Source: an uncultured Bacteroidota bacterium
GTDB lineage: Bacteria; Bacteroidota; Bacteroidia; Bacteroidales; UBA12077
Length of the DNA: 64,000 nt
Direction: 5' to 3'
NCBI GenBank assembly: GCA_913055635.1
Contig: CAJXLK010000020.1
Coordinates: 3,214 to 67,213, forward strand
Shown here: one piece after another, positions 19,910-29,959 of the stretch
Layout of the letters: each line of letters starts with the position of its first letter
Position numbering within the stretch: the first letter of the stretch is position 1
Notes under the pieces: generated by a model
What the model was told of the DNA's origin: nothing
The model's database searches: none
Seen by the model: only the letters and a program-made list of their open reading frames with translations
Made by a program: the position numbers and the translations under genes

Positions 19910-21151
19910 TCAGGAGCTTTTTTTTGCGGGTTGGCTCACTTCCCGGAATACCCGCATAAAATTGCCACCCCATATTTTTTCTATTTCTTCACGGGTATAT
20001 CCGCGATCGATCAATTCGCGTGTGATATTGGGCACCTGGCTCACATCACGACATCCTTCAACGCGTGCCCCGCCGTCGAAATCGGTTCCGATGCCTACAT
20101 GGTCAATGCCAATGGTTTGGACGACATGGTCAATATGATCGACAACATCATTGACATGGGCCAGTTTTTTAGGGTATTGTTTCTGGAGGTGGCGCCATTC
20201 TTCATGGAGCTTATTTCTTTCTTCGTCGGTGAGGTTTTGGAACCCGTCGTATTTTTGGCGCAGTGCGGCAAATGCAGAATCCCTTTTTGGTTGGGGCTCG
20301 GGTTTTTTCAGGTAGTCGCTGACCAGGCATATCTGGATGATACCTTCGTTTTCAGCCAGGGCTTGCAGCATGGGATCGGAAAGGTTGCGGGGATGCTCGC
20401 GCAAGGCCCTGGCACAGCTATGGGAAGCCATGATCGGGTCTTGTGAAACTTCAAGCACATCGTAAAACGATTGGTCGGAAATGTGGGAGACATCCACGAT
20501 CATGCCCAGCTCATTCATTTTGCGTACCACTTGTTTACCAAATTGGCTCAGGCCGCTGTGTTCGGGACCATCCGGATCGGTGGAAGAGTCGCACAGGTCA
20601 TTGTTGGAGGTGTGACAAAGGGTGATGTAGCGGGCGCCCTGTTTGTAAAATGTTTCGACAGTGCTAAGTTTGCCCCCCAGGGCGTAACCATTTTCCACCC
20701 CAATATAGATGGCCCGTTTGCCCTTTTCTTCCAGTTGGTAGGCCTGGTCAGGCCGGGTGGCAATCTGTGCCTTTTGTGGATAGGCCCCGATGCTTTGATG
20801 GATGTCTTTTAGCAGATCCATGGCTTTGGATTTTGCCTTTTGGTGCGCCTTTTTAGTGCGAGGCCCCTGGCCCAGGTAGGCGGCAAAAAAGGTGGCATCC
20901 ATATGGCCTCCCTTCATCCGGGGAAGATCGATGCAGGTAAAACTGGAATCGGCATCATGGGCCATTCCAATGTCAAACTCCGGATCTCCCAGGTTTAAAG
21001 GGGTATCGGTATGGGTATCCACCGTTAAAACCTGGCGGTGGATCTTTTCAGCCCGGGAAAGGTTTTGCTGGTTACTCCCCTGCCGGCAACCTACCGCCAT
21101 AAACAATAGCATGGCGGGGGCGATAATAATAGCAGCCTTATTCATGGACAT
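19910..21151 (-). CDS. Membrane dipeptidase (peptidase family M19), lipoprotein
   Basis: 413-aa ORF with a lipobox (LLFMAVGC). It has the VDTHTDTP metal-binding N-terminal motif and a renal-dipeptidase-like core (DVSH, ASHS). Confidence 0.85.
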   Translation of the reverse strand: MSMNKAAIIIAPAMLLFMAVGCRQGSNQQNLSRAEKIHRQVLTVDTHTDTPLNLGDPEFDIGMAHDADSSFTCIDLPRMKGGHMDATFFAAYLGQGPRTKKAHQKAKSKAMDLLKDIHQSIGAYPQKAQIATRPDQAYQLEEKGKRAIYIGVENGYALGGKLSTVETFYKQGARYITLCHTSNNDLCDSSTDPDGPEHSGLSQFGKQVVRKMNELGMIVDVSHISDQSFYDVLEVSQDPIMASHSCARALREHPRNLSDPMLQALAENEGIIQICLVSDYLKKPEPQPKRDSAFAALRQKYDGFQNLTDEERNKLHEEWRHLQKQYPKKLAHVNDVVDHIDHVVQTIGIDHVGIGTDFDGGARVEGCRDVSQVPNITRELIDRGYTREEIEKIWGGNFMRVFREVSQPAKKSS

Positions 21152-21212
21152 GGCATTTTAAGATGAAACTCCACAGATAAGACCGCCGATGGAAGGGAGG
21201 GTTTAATCGGAC

Positions 21213-21308
21213 CAACAACAGGGAACGGAAATATCCCAACAACAGGGAACGGAAATATCCCAATAACAGGTAAGCAGAAATATTTCAATAACATAAACTC
21301 GGAAATCT
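21213..21308. repeat. 24-nt tandem repeat (2 identical plus 2 degenerate units)
   Basis: CAACAACAGGGAACGGAAATATCC occurs at 21213-21236 and 21237-21260. Decaying copies follow at 21261-21284 and 21285-21308. The array lies 62-157 nt upstream of the dipeptidase ATG. Confidence 0.8.
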
Positions 21309-21464
21309 GCCAGAAACCAAGTAGAAGCAGCAATATTACAAAACAAGAGCCGGGATCATTGTGAAAATGGGTAGCCGGGATCATCCCGGAACAGTGGATG
21401 ATCGTAGATAGCTACTGAAGGGGGGGCACAGCGGGGAGCTGAATAAAGAGATGCTGGCGGGGCA

Positions 21465-22166
21465 TCAGTGGCGGTCGCCCTTGTCGTTGACAAGGGGAAC
21501 GAAGCGCACGGATGTGACATCGGTTTGTTTGAGCTTGCCGTTGGTTTTGCGCAGGAGCACCAGTTTCTGAAAGACCGGGCCTCCAACGGGGATGACCATT
21601 CTACCGCCTTCGGCCAGTTGTTGTTTCAGGGGCGGGGGTACATCGGAAGGGGAAGCCGTCACGATGATGGCATCGTAGGGGGCATGCTCCTGCCACCCTT
21701 GGTATCCATCGCCAATCCGGATGTGGACGTTGTCATAGCCTTGTTCGTTTAGGGTTTGGCGGGCCCGTTTGCCCAGTGCTTCAACAATCTCCACCGTGTA
21801 AACCTGGTCCACGATTTCAGCCAGCACTGCGGCTTGATAGCCTGACCCTGTCCCTATTTCCAGGACTTTTTCATCGGGTTGAAGGTTCAGGTAATCGGTC
21901 ATCAGGGCCACAATATAGGGTTGGGAGATGGTTTGCTGATGGCCGATGGGTAAAGGACGGTCGGAATAAGCCAGGTGGCGGTAACGCTCGGGGACAAAAA
22001 CATGGCGTTTGACGTTTCGCATTGCTTCAACCACCTGGGTGGTGCGTATTCCCCTTTTGACAATTTGCTGATCAACCATGTTGCGCCGTTCTGCAGCATA
22101 ATTCTGTGCCAGAGCTGGTGCAGTGATTAAACAAACGGCGCTGATAAGCAGAAGCTTTCGCAACAT
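21465..22166 (-). CDS. pcm: Protein-L-isoaspartate O-methyltransferase
   Basis: SAM-binding motif VLEIGTGSGYQAAVLA and the typical TISQPYIVA. The start is chosen at ATG 22166 (MLRKLLLISAV, hydrophobic leader). The ORF is open to 22217. Confidence 0.9.
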   Translation of the reverse strand: MLRKLLLISAVCLITAPALAQNYAAERRNMVDQQIVKRGIRTTQVVEAMRNVKRHVFVPERYRHLAYSDRPLPIGHQQTISQPYIVALMTDYLNLQPDEKVLEIGTGSGYQAAVLAEIVDQVYTVEIVEALGKRARQTLNEQGYDNVHIRIGDGYQGWQEHAPYDAIIVTASPSDVPPPLKQQLAEGGRMVIPVGGPVFQKLVLLRKTNGKLKQTDVTSVRFVPLVNDKGDRH

Positions 22167-22238
22167 AAACCTGTTTTTCTTAAAAACGAAGATAAAACAA
22201 TAATCTTGTAGATTCAAGGCCAGATGGATTGCAAAAGA

Positions 22239-25217
22239 TCATTTTAAGGCCTGGTAAAGTACCTCTACCGGATGCAGGGCGGTTTTGCCGGTTCCGTCCT
22301 TGATTTGGTGGCGGCAACTGGTTCCCGGAGCTGCAATGATGGTTTGATCAGGGGTTTGACGCACAGCCGGAAAAAGCACCAATTCGCCTACTTTCATGGA
22401 GACTTCGTAGTGTTCTTTTTCGTATCCGAATGAGCCAGCCATTCCGCAGCATCCGGAGGGTATTTCTTCAACCTGGTGATTTTTGGGGAAAGAAAGGATG
22501 TAACGGGTGGGTTCAGTGGAAGCAACTGCTTTTTGCTGGCAATGTCCATGCAGCAGTATATTGGCCGGGCGTTCGGTAAACTGGTCGATGGTTATCGCCC
22601 CGTTTTGCATTTCCCTTTGGAGGAATTCTTCGATCAGCAGGCTGTTTCGGGCCAGATGAGCGGCGGTCCCGGCATTGGTTTTGTTGGCCAGCTCCGGGTA
22701 TTCATCGCGGAAAGTCAAAATGGCCGAGGGTTCAATTCCAACCAGGGGAGATTTTTCGTTGATGCGCCCTTTCAAATATTCCAGGTTGCGGTTGGCAATT
22801 TTTTGGGCTTTCCGCACCAGGCCCTTGGACAGGAAGGTGCGGCCGCTCTCCAGATGCCTGGGAATAACCACCTGGTAGCCCAATCGCGTAAGCAACTGGA
22901 TGGCCTCCATGCCAATGGTGGCATCATTGTAATTGGTGAATTCATCATTGAACAGGTAGACTGTCCCCTGGGTTGGATTAGGGCCCAGTTGGTGGACATA
23001 TCCTTTCATCCATTTTTTCAGGGTTTGGGGTGCCAGCAGCGGCATGCTGCGGTTAGGGGCAAACCCTATGGCCCGGTTGATCCATTTTCTAAGGACCGGT
23101 TGCTTCATGAACAGGTTGTAGAAAGCCGGCCATATGCTGCCCAGTCGGTTCAGCCGGGTGATGTTGGCAATCAGCCTGGTGCGCAAAGGCACCCCATGGG
23201 CATCATAATAATGCTGCAAGAATTCAGCTTTCAGCTTGGCCACATCCACATTGGAAGGGCACTCACTTTTGCAGGCCTTGCAGGAAAGGCAAAGGTCCAT
23301 GACCTGATAAATTTCCCGGTGGTCGAAGGGATTTTTCCGTGGGGAATGGGTCAGGAATTCGCGCAGGATATTAGCCCGGGCGCGGGTGACGTCCTTTTCA
23401 TTGCGGGTGGCCATGTAGCTGGGGCACATGGTTCCCCCGATGCGTTCTGTTTTACGGCAATCGCCACTGCCGTTGCATTTTTCTGCCGCCCTCTGGATGC
23501 CCCCTGCATTGGAAAAATCAAATACGGTCTCGATCTCCCGCACCTGGCGGCCGGGTTCATAACGCAACTGTTCATTAACCGGCGGTGCATCGGTTATTTT
23601 TCCCGGGTTGAATAAATGATGGGGATCCCAGGTCTTTTTGATTTCCCGCAGCATCTGGTAATTGTCCCGGCCCAGAATGATCGGGATGAATTCTCCCCTG
23701 ACCCTTCCGTCGCCATGCTCGCCACTGAGTGAACCGTTGTAGCGCTTGACCAGGTGGGCAATCTCTCGGCCAATGGTACGGAACATCCGGACCCCCTCGG
23801 GGTCTTTAAGGTTGAGTACCGGCCGCAGGTGCAGTTCACCCGAGCCAATATGGGCATGAAACACACACTGCAACTGATAATAATCCAGTATTTTTTGAAA
23901 ATCAGCCAGATAATCCGGCAAATCTTCAACCTTTACCGCCGTATCCTCGACGATCGAGACCGGCCGGGCATCGCCCTTCATATTCGAGAGCACACCGAGG
24001 CCCGACTTTCTGAGGTTCCATATTTTTCGGGCCTCGGGTTCAAAAATCAAAGGGAAATAATACCCGTAACCTGATTCCCTGAGATCATGCTCGAGGGCCT
24101 GATGTACATTTTCAATCTCCCGGCGAGTCTCTCTTGCAAATTCTATGATCAGGATGGCCCCGGGATCTCCGCGCAAAAAGAATCGGTTTTTTTGCTGTTC
24201 GGGGTTGTCGCGGGTTAAATCAAGGATAATCTTGTCCATCATCTCAACTGCCCCGGGCTGGTGTTTCAAAGCGATCAGGTTGGCCTGGAAGGCCTCCTGC
24301 CGGGTACGAAAGTGGGCGGCTACAACCCCCTTGTAAGGTGGCGGCAGGGGCACCACGTTCAGCTTCATTTCGGTAATCATCATCAGGGTCCCTTCTGACC
24401 CGCAAATGAGTTTGGACAGGTTCAGGGGCTCTCCGTTGGGATGAAAGGGTTCGGCATCGAGCAGAAGGTCAATGGAATAACCTGTATTCCTGCGATAAAT
24501 CGATTGGTCCGGATATTCCCTTTTAATTGTCTCCCGCCTTTGGGGATCGGTAAGTATACTGTTAATCTGTTGATAAATATGGTTTTCCAGTTGATCGCCC
24601 TTTAGTTTTTCTTGGTAGGCCTCAGGGGTTAAAGGTTTGAATTCCACTTCACTCCCATCGCTGAGAAAGCCTTTCACGGCAATGGTATGATCCCGGGTGG
24701 AGCCATATAAGATGGAATGCGCCCCGCAGGAATTGTTTCCGACCATTCCGGCCATCATACAGCGATTGGAAGTGGAAGTTTCCGGACCGAAAAACAGCCC
24801 GTAGGGGGCCAGTTGCTGGTTCATCTCGTCGAGGATCACCCCGGGTTCAACGCGGATCCATTTTTCCTGAGGATTGATCTCGAGGACCCGGTTCATGTAG
24901 CGGGAGAAGTCTACCACCAGCCCTTCGCCCACGACCTGCCCGGCCAGGGAAGTACCGGCAGTTCTGGGAATAAGGGAAATGCCATTTTGATGGGCAAATT
25001 CAATGAGCTTTTGAACATCTCCTTTGTTTTTCGGAAGGGCCACCCCCCAGGGAACAGCCCGATAAGCACTGGCATCGGTGGCATATAAAATCCTGGTTTT
25101 TAAGTCGGTGTGCAGTTGACCGGCTAATTGGTTTTGCAAAGAAGAAGTGGACTCAGCCATAACATCAGGTATTGTTTCAACAAGCTCTGGATGAATGCCG
25201 GGGCTGTTAATCGTCAT
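22239..25217 (-). CDS. FAD-binding and (Fe-S)-binding oxidoreductase (YdiJ / fused GlcD-GlcF-like 2-hydroxyacid dehydrogenase)
   Basis: 992-aa ORF with an N-terminal FAD-linked oxidase domain (RTAGTSLAGQ...). It has 4Fe-4S motifs (CLSCKACKSECP) and C-terminal cysteine-rich CCG domains (CCGMAGSFGY). An alternative start at 25160 is possible. Confidence 0.88.
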   Translation of the reverse strand: MTINSPGIHPELVETIPDVMAESTSSLQNQLAGQLHTDLKTRILYATDASAYRAVPWGVALPKNKGDVQKLIEFAHQNGISLIPRTAGTSLAGQVVGEGLVVDFSRYMNRVLEINPQEKWIRVEPGVILDEMNQQLAPYGLFFGPETSTSNRCMMAGMVGNNSCGAHSILYGSTRDHTIAVKGFLSDGSEVEFKPLTPEAYQEKLKGDQLENHIYQQINSILTDPQRRETIKREYPDQSIYRRNTGYSIDLLLDAEPFHPNGEPLNLSKLICGSEGTLMMITEMKLNVVPLPPPYKGVVAAHFRTRQEAFQANLIALKHQPGAVEMMDKIILDLTRDNPEQQKNRFFLRGDPGAILIIEFARETRREIENVHQALEHDLRESGYGYYFPLIFEPEARKIWNLRKSGLGVLSNMKGDARPVSIVEDTAVKVEDLPDYLADFQKILDYYQLQCVFHAHIGSGELHLRPVLNLKDPEGVRMFRTIGREIAHLVKRYNGSLSGEHGDGRVRGEFIPIILGRDNYQMLREIKKTWDPHHLFNPGKITDAPPVNEQLRYEPGRQVREIETVFDFSNAGGIQRAAEKCNGSGDCRKTERIGGTMCPSYMATRNEKDVTRARANILREFLTHSPRKNPFDHREIYQVMDLCLSCKACKSECPSNVDVAKLKAEFLQHYYDAHGVPLRTRLIANITRLNRLGSIWPAFYNLFMKQPVLRKWINRAIGFAPNRSMPLLAPQTLKKWMKGYVHQLGPNPTQGTVYLFNDEFTNYNDATIGMEAIQLLTRLGYQVVIPRHLESGRTFLSKGLVRKAQKIANRNLEYLKGRINEKSPLVGIEPSAILTFRDEYPELANKTNAGTAAHLARNSLLIEEFLQREMQNGAITIDQFTERPANILLHGHCQQKAVASTEPTRYILSFPKNHQVEEIPSGCCGMAGSFGYEKEHYEVSMKVGELVLFPAVRQTPDQTIIAAPGTSCRHQIKDGTGKTALHPVEVLYQALK

Positions 25218-25623
25218 CCAGCAAGCGGTTGCGCAAGCGGAACATCAATTGAATTTTGGTACGAAGGTCAACGGGATTGAACGGTTTGGTCAGGTAATCA
25301 TCGGCTCCGGCTTGGATGCCTGATCTGTGGGAATCCTTGTCGGACAAGGCGGTCAGGATAATGATGATGGTGCGTTTAAAGGCTTCTTCCTGCCTCAGTT
25401 GCTTACATATCTCAAAACCGTTCATATCGGGCATCATAATGTCCAAAATCACCAGCTCCGGTTCATGCTTCCGGGCCAGTTCCAGGGCCGATGTGCCGTT
25501 TTCGGCAAAATGCAGGCGGTAGGATGGTTCCAGGATTTCACCAATAAGCTTACGCACCATCTCGTCGTCCTCCACCACTAAAATATCATGTTGTTGTCCG
25601 GTTTGACCTTCTTTCATCTCCAT
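25207..25623 (-). CDS. Stand-alone response regulator receiver (CheY-like)
   Basis: 138-aa ORF with the acidic pocket VVEDDE, the phospho-acceptor context LVILDIMMPDMNG and the conserved Lys in YLTKPF. There is no output domain. Its stop overlaps the downstream oxidoreductase start by 11 nt. Confidence 0.88.
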   Translation of the reverse strand: MEMKEGQTGQQHDILVVEDDEMVRKLIGEILEPSYRLHFAENGTSALELARKHEPELVILDIMMPDMNGFEICKQLRQEEAFKRTIIIILTALSDKDSHRSGIQAGADDYLTKPFNPVDLRTKIQLMFRLRNRLLDDD

Positions 25624-25740
25624 TCAATCAAATTGTAGCGAAATTAAAAGGTTTTGTTGCAAAATAACAACAACTTTTCCTATTTTTACCCATTCCAAAG
25701 AGCTTGTTCGCGTATAAACCGAATAAATCAGCCCCGAGCC

Positions 25741-28700
25741 ATGAGCAATACCACTCTGAAGCTGATTGTCAAACTTTTTGCCCTTTTTGCCAGCCTCGAT
25801 GCTCCAAACCGCCGTTACGGGGCCGGAAAAATTTTGAAGCTATACCTTAAGTTATATGTACAAGATTCATACATTCATGAATTTATTGATATATATAATT
25901 TTTACATCCAGCAACAAACCGAAGCCGCTGACCCCTATAAACAAATTTCTTCCAAATCGGTTAAAACATTGCGGCTACTGGATCAAATCAATTCAGAGCT
26001 GATTTATCAGGAGAAAGTTTACCTGCTGTTTTATCTGGGGAAGTTGCTGCGGGAAAAAGACCGGATCACTGAACAGGAGGACGATTTTCTCCGGACGGTA
26101 GCCCGGAGTTTCAGTATGCCGGAGTCTGAATCTCAGGATCTGATTGCTTTTATTTTGTATGGTGTTTCCAGGACACTGCGGCAAACCCATCTGCTGGCGG
26201 TAAAAGATCCTTACAGTAATTGTTCAGTAAAAGGAATACAGTATATTGACAGAGAAGGATTAAATGGTATAATTTATTTTTTGCTTTTGCCTTCTGCCCA
26301 TTTGTATTTGTTTTATTACCAGGGCGGGGAATCGTTGTTCCTCAATGCCCGGAAAATTGACCCCGGGGCGGTTTATTTCTTTTCCAAAGGTGATTCAATA
26401 TCAGGCTACAGGATGGGGTGGGAAAACGTAAAACTTCAACCCATTTATTATCCCCAGGTTGCTGAATGTTTTCTTCGAAACAGCCAGCACAATCAGCTGA
26501 GTTTGGTGGTTGACGGGGCCTCGTATCTATATCGGGGCGAGCAGGAAGGCATCCGCCCGTTCAATTTTTCTACCCAATCGTTCTATATGGTGGGTGTCAT
26601 TGGGTCGAGCGGTGTGGGTAAGAGCACCCTGCTGAATTTGCTCAATGGCAATATCAGGCCCCAGCACGGCCACATCTGGATCAATGGATATGACTTGCAC
26701 CGCCACCGTGAAGATTTTAAGGGACTGATTGGATATGTACCCCAGGAGGATTTGCTTTTCGAGGAGCTCACGGTTTATCAAAACCTTTATTACAACGCCC
26801 GCTTATGCTTTGGCGATTTATCGCCTGCACGGGTTCATGCGATGGTGAACCGAACCTTGGATGAGCTGGCGCTGAGTAGCATTCGCCATAAGAAAGTGGG
26901 CGGTGAATTGGACCGGCAAATCAGCGGCGGGCAGCGGAAGCGCTTAAATTTAGGGCTTGAACTCATGCGTGAACCTGCCCTGCTGTTGGTTGATGAACCC
27001 ACATCCGGTTTATCTTCCAGCGATTCACGCCAGGTGATGAATCTGCTGCGGACACAAACCCTGAAAGGCCGGCTGGTCATTGTCAATATCCATCAGCCCG
27101 CATCCCCCGTTTTTAGGTTGCTGGATCAGCTGTTGGTCCTTGATGAAGGCGGGCGGGTAACCTACACCGGCGATCCCCTGGAAGGGCTGGTTTATTTTAA
27201 AACCCTCAATGAACAGGTCAATGCCCAGGTGAAACAATGTCCTACCTGTGGCCATATCAATCCGGAGGCGATTCTGGAAATCATGGAGGAAAAAAAGGTG
27301 GACCAGCGGGGGCGCTATGGAGCACATCGCCGCATATCTCCTGAACAGTGGCACCAGTATTACCGCGATAAGATTGAACCCATTTTTTCCCAAAAACCGC
27401 TTGTTCAGCCTATCCCTGAATCCCGCCTCCATCAACCCCATCGAATGTGCCAGTTTAAACTTTTCTTTAAACGAAATATCCTCTCTAAATTAGGAAATAA
27501 ACAATACTTACTTGTAAGTTTACTTGAAGCTCCATTGCTGGCCCTTATCGTGGCTTATTTCACCAAATATACCGCCGGAACCCCGGAAAATGATGTGGCC
27601 TACATTTTTAGCCAAAATCCCAATCTGCCGGCCTTTCTGTTGATGAGCGTCATGGTGGCCCTCTTTATAGGTCTTTTAATCAGCAGCGAAGAGATTATTC
27701 GGGATGCCAGGGTATTGCAGCGGGAAAAGTTTCTTCAGCTCAGCCGTTCAGGGTACCTGTTGTCAAAAATTGCTTTTCTTTTGCTGCTTTCTGCCATCCA
27801 GACCTTTACATATGTATTGATAGCCAATCATATAATGGGCATTGAGGGCATGATGTTCCGATACTGGAGCATCCTTTTCTCCACCGCTGTTTTTGCCAAT
27901 ATCCTTGGGTTAAACCTCTCTTCCGGGCTCGGTTCTCAAATTGTCATATACATAGTGATCCCTTTTATTTTGATTCCCTTTATGCTTTTTTCCGGTGGCG
28001 TGGTTCATTTCGACAAGTTGCACGCAGGGCTTACCCCCAGGCGATATCCTCCCATTATTGCTGATTTGATGGTTTCCCGGTGGGCATACGAAGCCCTTGC
28101 CGTTAGCCAGTTCAGGGATAATGCCTACGAAGACCCCCTTTTCTCCCTGCATCGCAGGGAAAGTCGCCATGCCTACCGACTCAATCACTACCTTCCCCGT
28201 TTGATCAATCATCTGGATTACTGCCGCAACCACCTGGACCGGCCCGAAGGCAGCTCAATGCCAGAGCGGATTGCAACCCTGCGCAATGAAATCCACAAGC
28301 TGACCCGTGAGTATGAACCCATGGGCAAACTGCCCGTCGAAGAACTTGACCAGGACAGCCTGAAGATAGCCTCGATCCGACGCATCAGAAAATTTATCGA
28401 ACGAATCCGCAAACAGGAGGCCCGGCAAATGGAGCAAGTGGTATACCAGCGCGACAGCCTGATCCAGCAGTCAGCCACTGCTGAACAGTGGACCCGCCTG
28501 AAGCAAAACCATTATAACCATGCCCTGGCCGAACTGGTTAAGAGAAAAAATAACCGGGTTAAGGTTCTTGAAACCAACCATCAGCTCTACCGAAAATATG
28601 AACCCATTTTTATGTATCCGCACCATCCCTTCGGACGCAGTATCTTTTATGCCCCCACCAAGAGGATGGGGCCCTATGGTGTGGATACCTGGTGGTTCAA

Positions 28701-28815
28701 TCTTTCTGTGATCTGGCTTTTTAACCTGGCTCTTTATATTAGCCTTTACTATGACTGGCTGAAAGGAGCGGTCGCGTTTTTTTCCAAACTTCAGAAAATG
28801 AAGCTAAAGTCATAG
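25741..28815 (+). CDS. Large ABC transporter, fused ATP-binding and ABC-2-type permease (ABCG-like) with extra N- and C-terminal regions
   Basis: Walker A GSSGVGKST, signature SGGQRKR, Walker B LLLVDEPTSGLS, then a multi-helix membrane domain. About 290 aa of unrecognised sequence precede the NBD. About 250 aa of coiled-coil-like sequence plus a final TM follow the permease. The start is taken at ATG 25741 because the ORF track start at 25654 is TTG. Confidence 0.85.
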   Translation: MSNTTLKLIVKLFALFASLDAPNRRYGAGKILKLYLKLYVQDSYIHEFIDIYNFYIQQQTEAADPYKQISSKSVKTLRLLDQINSELIYQEKVYLLFYLGKLLREKDRITEQEDDFLRTVARSFSMPESESQDLIAFILYGVSRTLRQTHLLAVKDPYSNCSVKGIQYIDREGLNGIIYFLLLPSAHLYLFYYQGGESLFLNARKIDPGAVYFFSKGDSISGYRMGWENVKLQPIYYPQVAECFLRNSQHNQLSLVVDGASYLYRGEQEGIRPFNFSTQSFYMVGVIGSSGVGKSTLLNLLNGNIRPQHGHIWINGYDLHRHREDFKGLIGYVPQEDLLFEELTVYQNLYYNARLCFGDLSPARVHAMVNRTLDELALSSIRHKKVGGELDRQISGGQRKRLNLGLELMREPALLLVDEPTSGLSSSDSRQVMNLLRTQTLKGRLVIVNIHQPASPVFRLLDQLLVLDEGGRVTYTGDPLEGLVYFKTLNEQVNAQVKQCPTCGHINPEAILEIMEEKKVDQRGRYGAHRRISPEQWHQYYRDKIEPIFSQKPLVQPIPESRLHQPHRMCQFKLFFKRNILSKLGNKQYLLVSLLEAPLLALIVAYFTKYTAGTPENDVAYIFSQNPNLPAFLLMSVMVALFIGLLISSEEIIRDARVLQREKFLQLSRSGYLLSKIAFLLLLSAIQTFTYVLIANHIMGIEGMMFRYWSILFSTAVFANILGLNLSSGLGSQIVIYIVIPFILIPFMLFSGGVVHFDKLHAGLTPRRYPPIIADLMVSRWAYEALAVSQFRDNAYEDPLFSLHRRESRHAYRLNHYLPRLINHLDYCRNHLDRPEGSSMPERIATLRNEIHKLTREYEPMGKLPVEELDQDSLKIASIRRIRKFIERIRKQEARQMEQVVYQRDSLIQQSATAEQWTRLKQNHYNHALAELVKRKNNRVKVLETNHQLYRKYEPIFMYPHHPFGRSIFYAPTKRMGPYGVDTWWFNLSVIWLFNLALYISLYYDWLKGAVAFFSKLQKMKLKS

Positions 28816-29032
28816 ATCGCTTTGCAGGGGCCTTTTTAATGATGACCCTTATGGGCCCGGAAGTTGCATGCTTTTATTATTGAATGGTATCTGCCGGTGC
28901 AGGCGCACCCGGCAATCATTATGAATGTCTTTTTCAGGGCCACCACGGCATCAATGTCAACATATGCGTTTTTGTTTTGAAAATTAGATGCTGAATTCTT
29001 ACTTTTATTCTCTTTAAGAAGTCCACCGGACT

Positions 29033-29959
29033 ATGCGAGAATTCATTCACATGCTGCTGATTGTGCTGGTTTTGTTACCGGGGTGCCACAACAAACCGGA
29101 GGATCAGGGCGAGGATCCGCCCAAAGGTTTTGACCAGCAGGAAAAACTTCACTCCCATCAACAGGAATACCGGGAAAGCCCCGTCTTTTACCGGTATCCA
29201 TCAGCCCGGGAGATGCTGGCTTACGTGCGTTCAAAGGAACTTTCCTATAAACCGGGGCTGGTCAACCCCCTTAACAACCGCCAGACTTACCACAGGAGCC
29301 TTTCGAAAAACCTGAACCTTGGGGTTTATATGACGGATCTCGCCTATATGATCCTGTTCCAACGCACCAATAAGGCCCGGGATTATTTTAACAGGGTTGT
29401 CAGCTTATCGCAGGAACTGCGAATTGTCATTCCCCATAAGCAAAAGCTGGTGGAGCGGGTTGGTCAAAATCTCCATGAACCCGATAGCTTGCTGCGCATA
29501 TTCCAGGATTATCAATCGGAAATCATTGCCTATCTGATGAAAACGGATCAGGAAGATAAACTGGCTGTTTTTTCTGCGGGAAGTTACCTGGAGGGGCTCT
29601 ACCTGGCCCTCCAACTGGTGGGTGATTATGCTGATAATCAGCAAACGGCCAATAAAATAGCCGAACAGAAATATGCTTTTTCCCACCTGGAGCAATTTTG
29701 TAGGTCGCATGCCAGGGATAGCAATGTAGCCAGGGCACTGACCTATCTACAAGAAGTCAATGCCCTTTTTAGCCGTTTGCCGGTAGAACAAGACCAGAGT
29801 CATTCTGAGCGCACCTCAGCGCACCAAATGGTTTTAAAGGGAGGAGATCGGGTGATCATGAACGCGTCACACTTTTATGCCATGAAGCAGGAGGTGGAAA
29901 AGATCCGGCATCAGGTTGTAGCCAATACAATGAATGGGGCGCATGATATTCAGGATTAA
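29033..29959 (+). CDS. Hypothetical lipoprotein (helical, family not recognised)
   Basis: 308-aa ORF with a signal peptide and lipobox (LVLLPGC). It lies on the same strand, 217 nt downstream of the ABC gene. Confidence 0.6.
   Translation: MREFIHMLLIVLVLLPGCHNKPEDQGEDPPKGFDQQEKLHSHQQEYRESPVFYRYPSAREMLAYVRSKELSYKPGLVNPLNNRQTYHRSLSKNLNLGVYMTDLAYMILFQRTNKARDYFNRVVSLSQELRIVIPHKQKLVERVGQNLHEPDSLLRIFQDYQSEIIAYLMKTDQEDKLAVFSAGSYLEGLYLALQLVGDYADNQQTANKIAEQKYAFSHLEQFCRSHARDSNVARALTYLQEVNALFSRLPVEQDQSHSERTSAHQMVLKGGDRVIMNASHFYAMKQEVEKIRHQVVANTMNGAHDIQD

Noticed and set aside
21142-21384. 80-aa hydrophobic ORF containing VIGIFPFPVVGIFPFPVV
   Set aside because: The repeated peptide is just the translation of the 24-nt DNA tandem repeat. 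The ORF overlaps the dipeptidase start and has no independent support.
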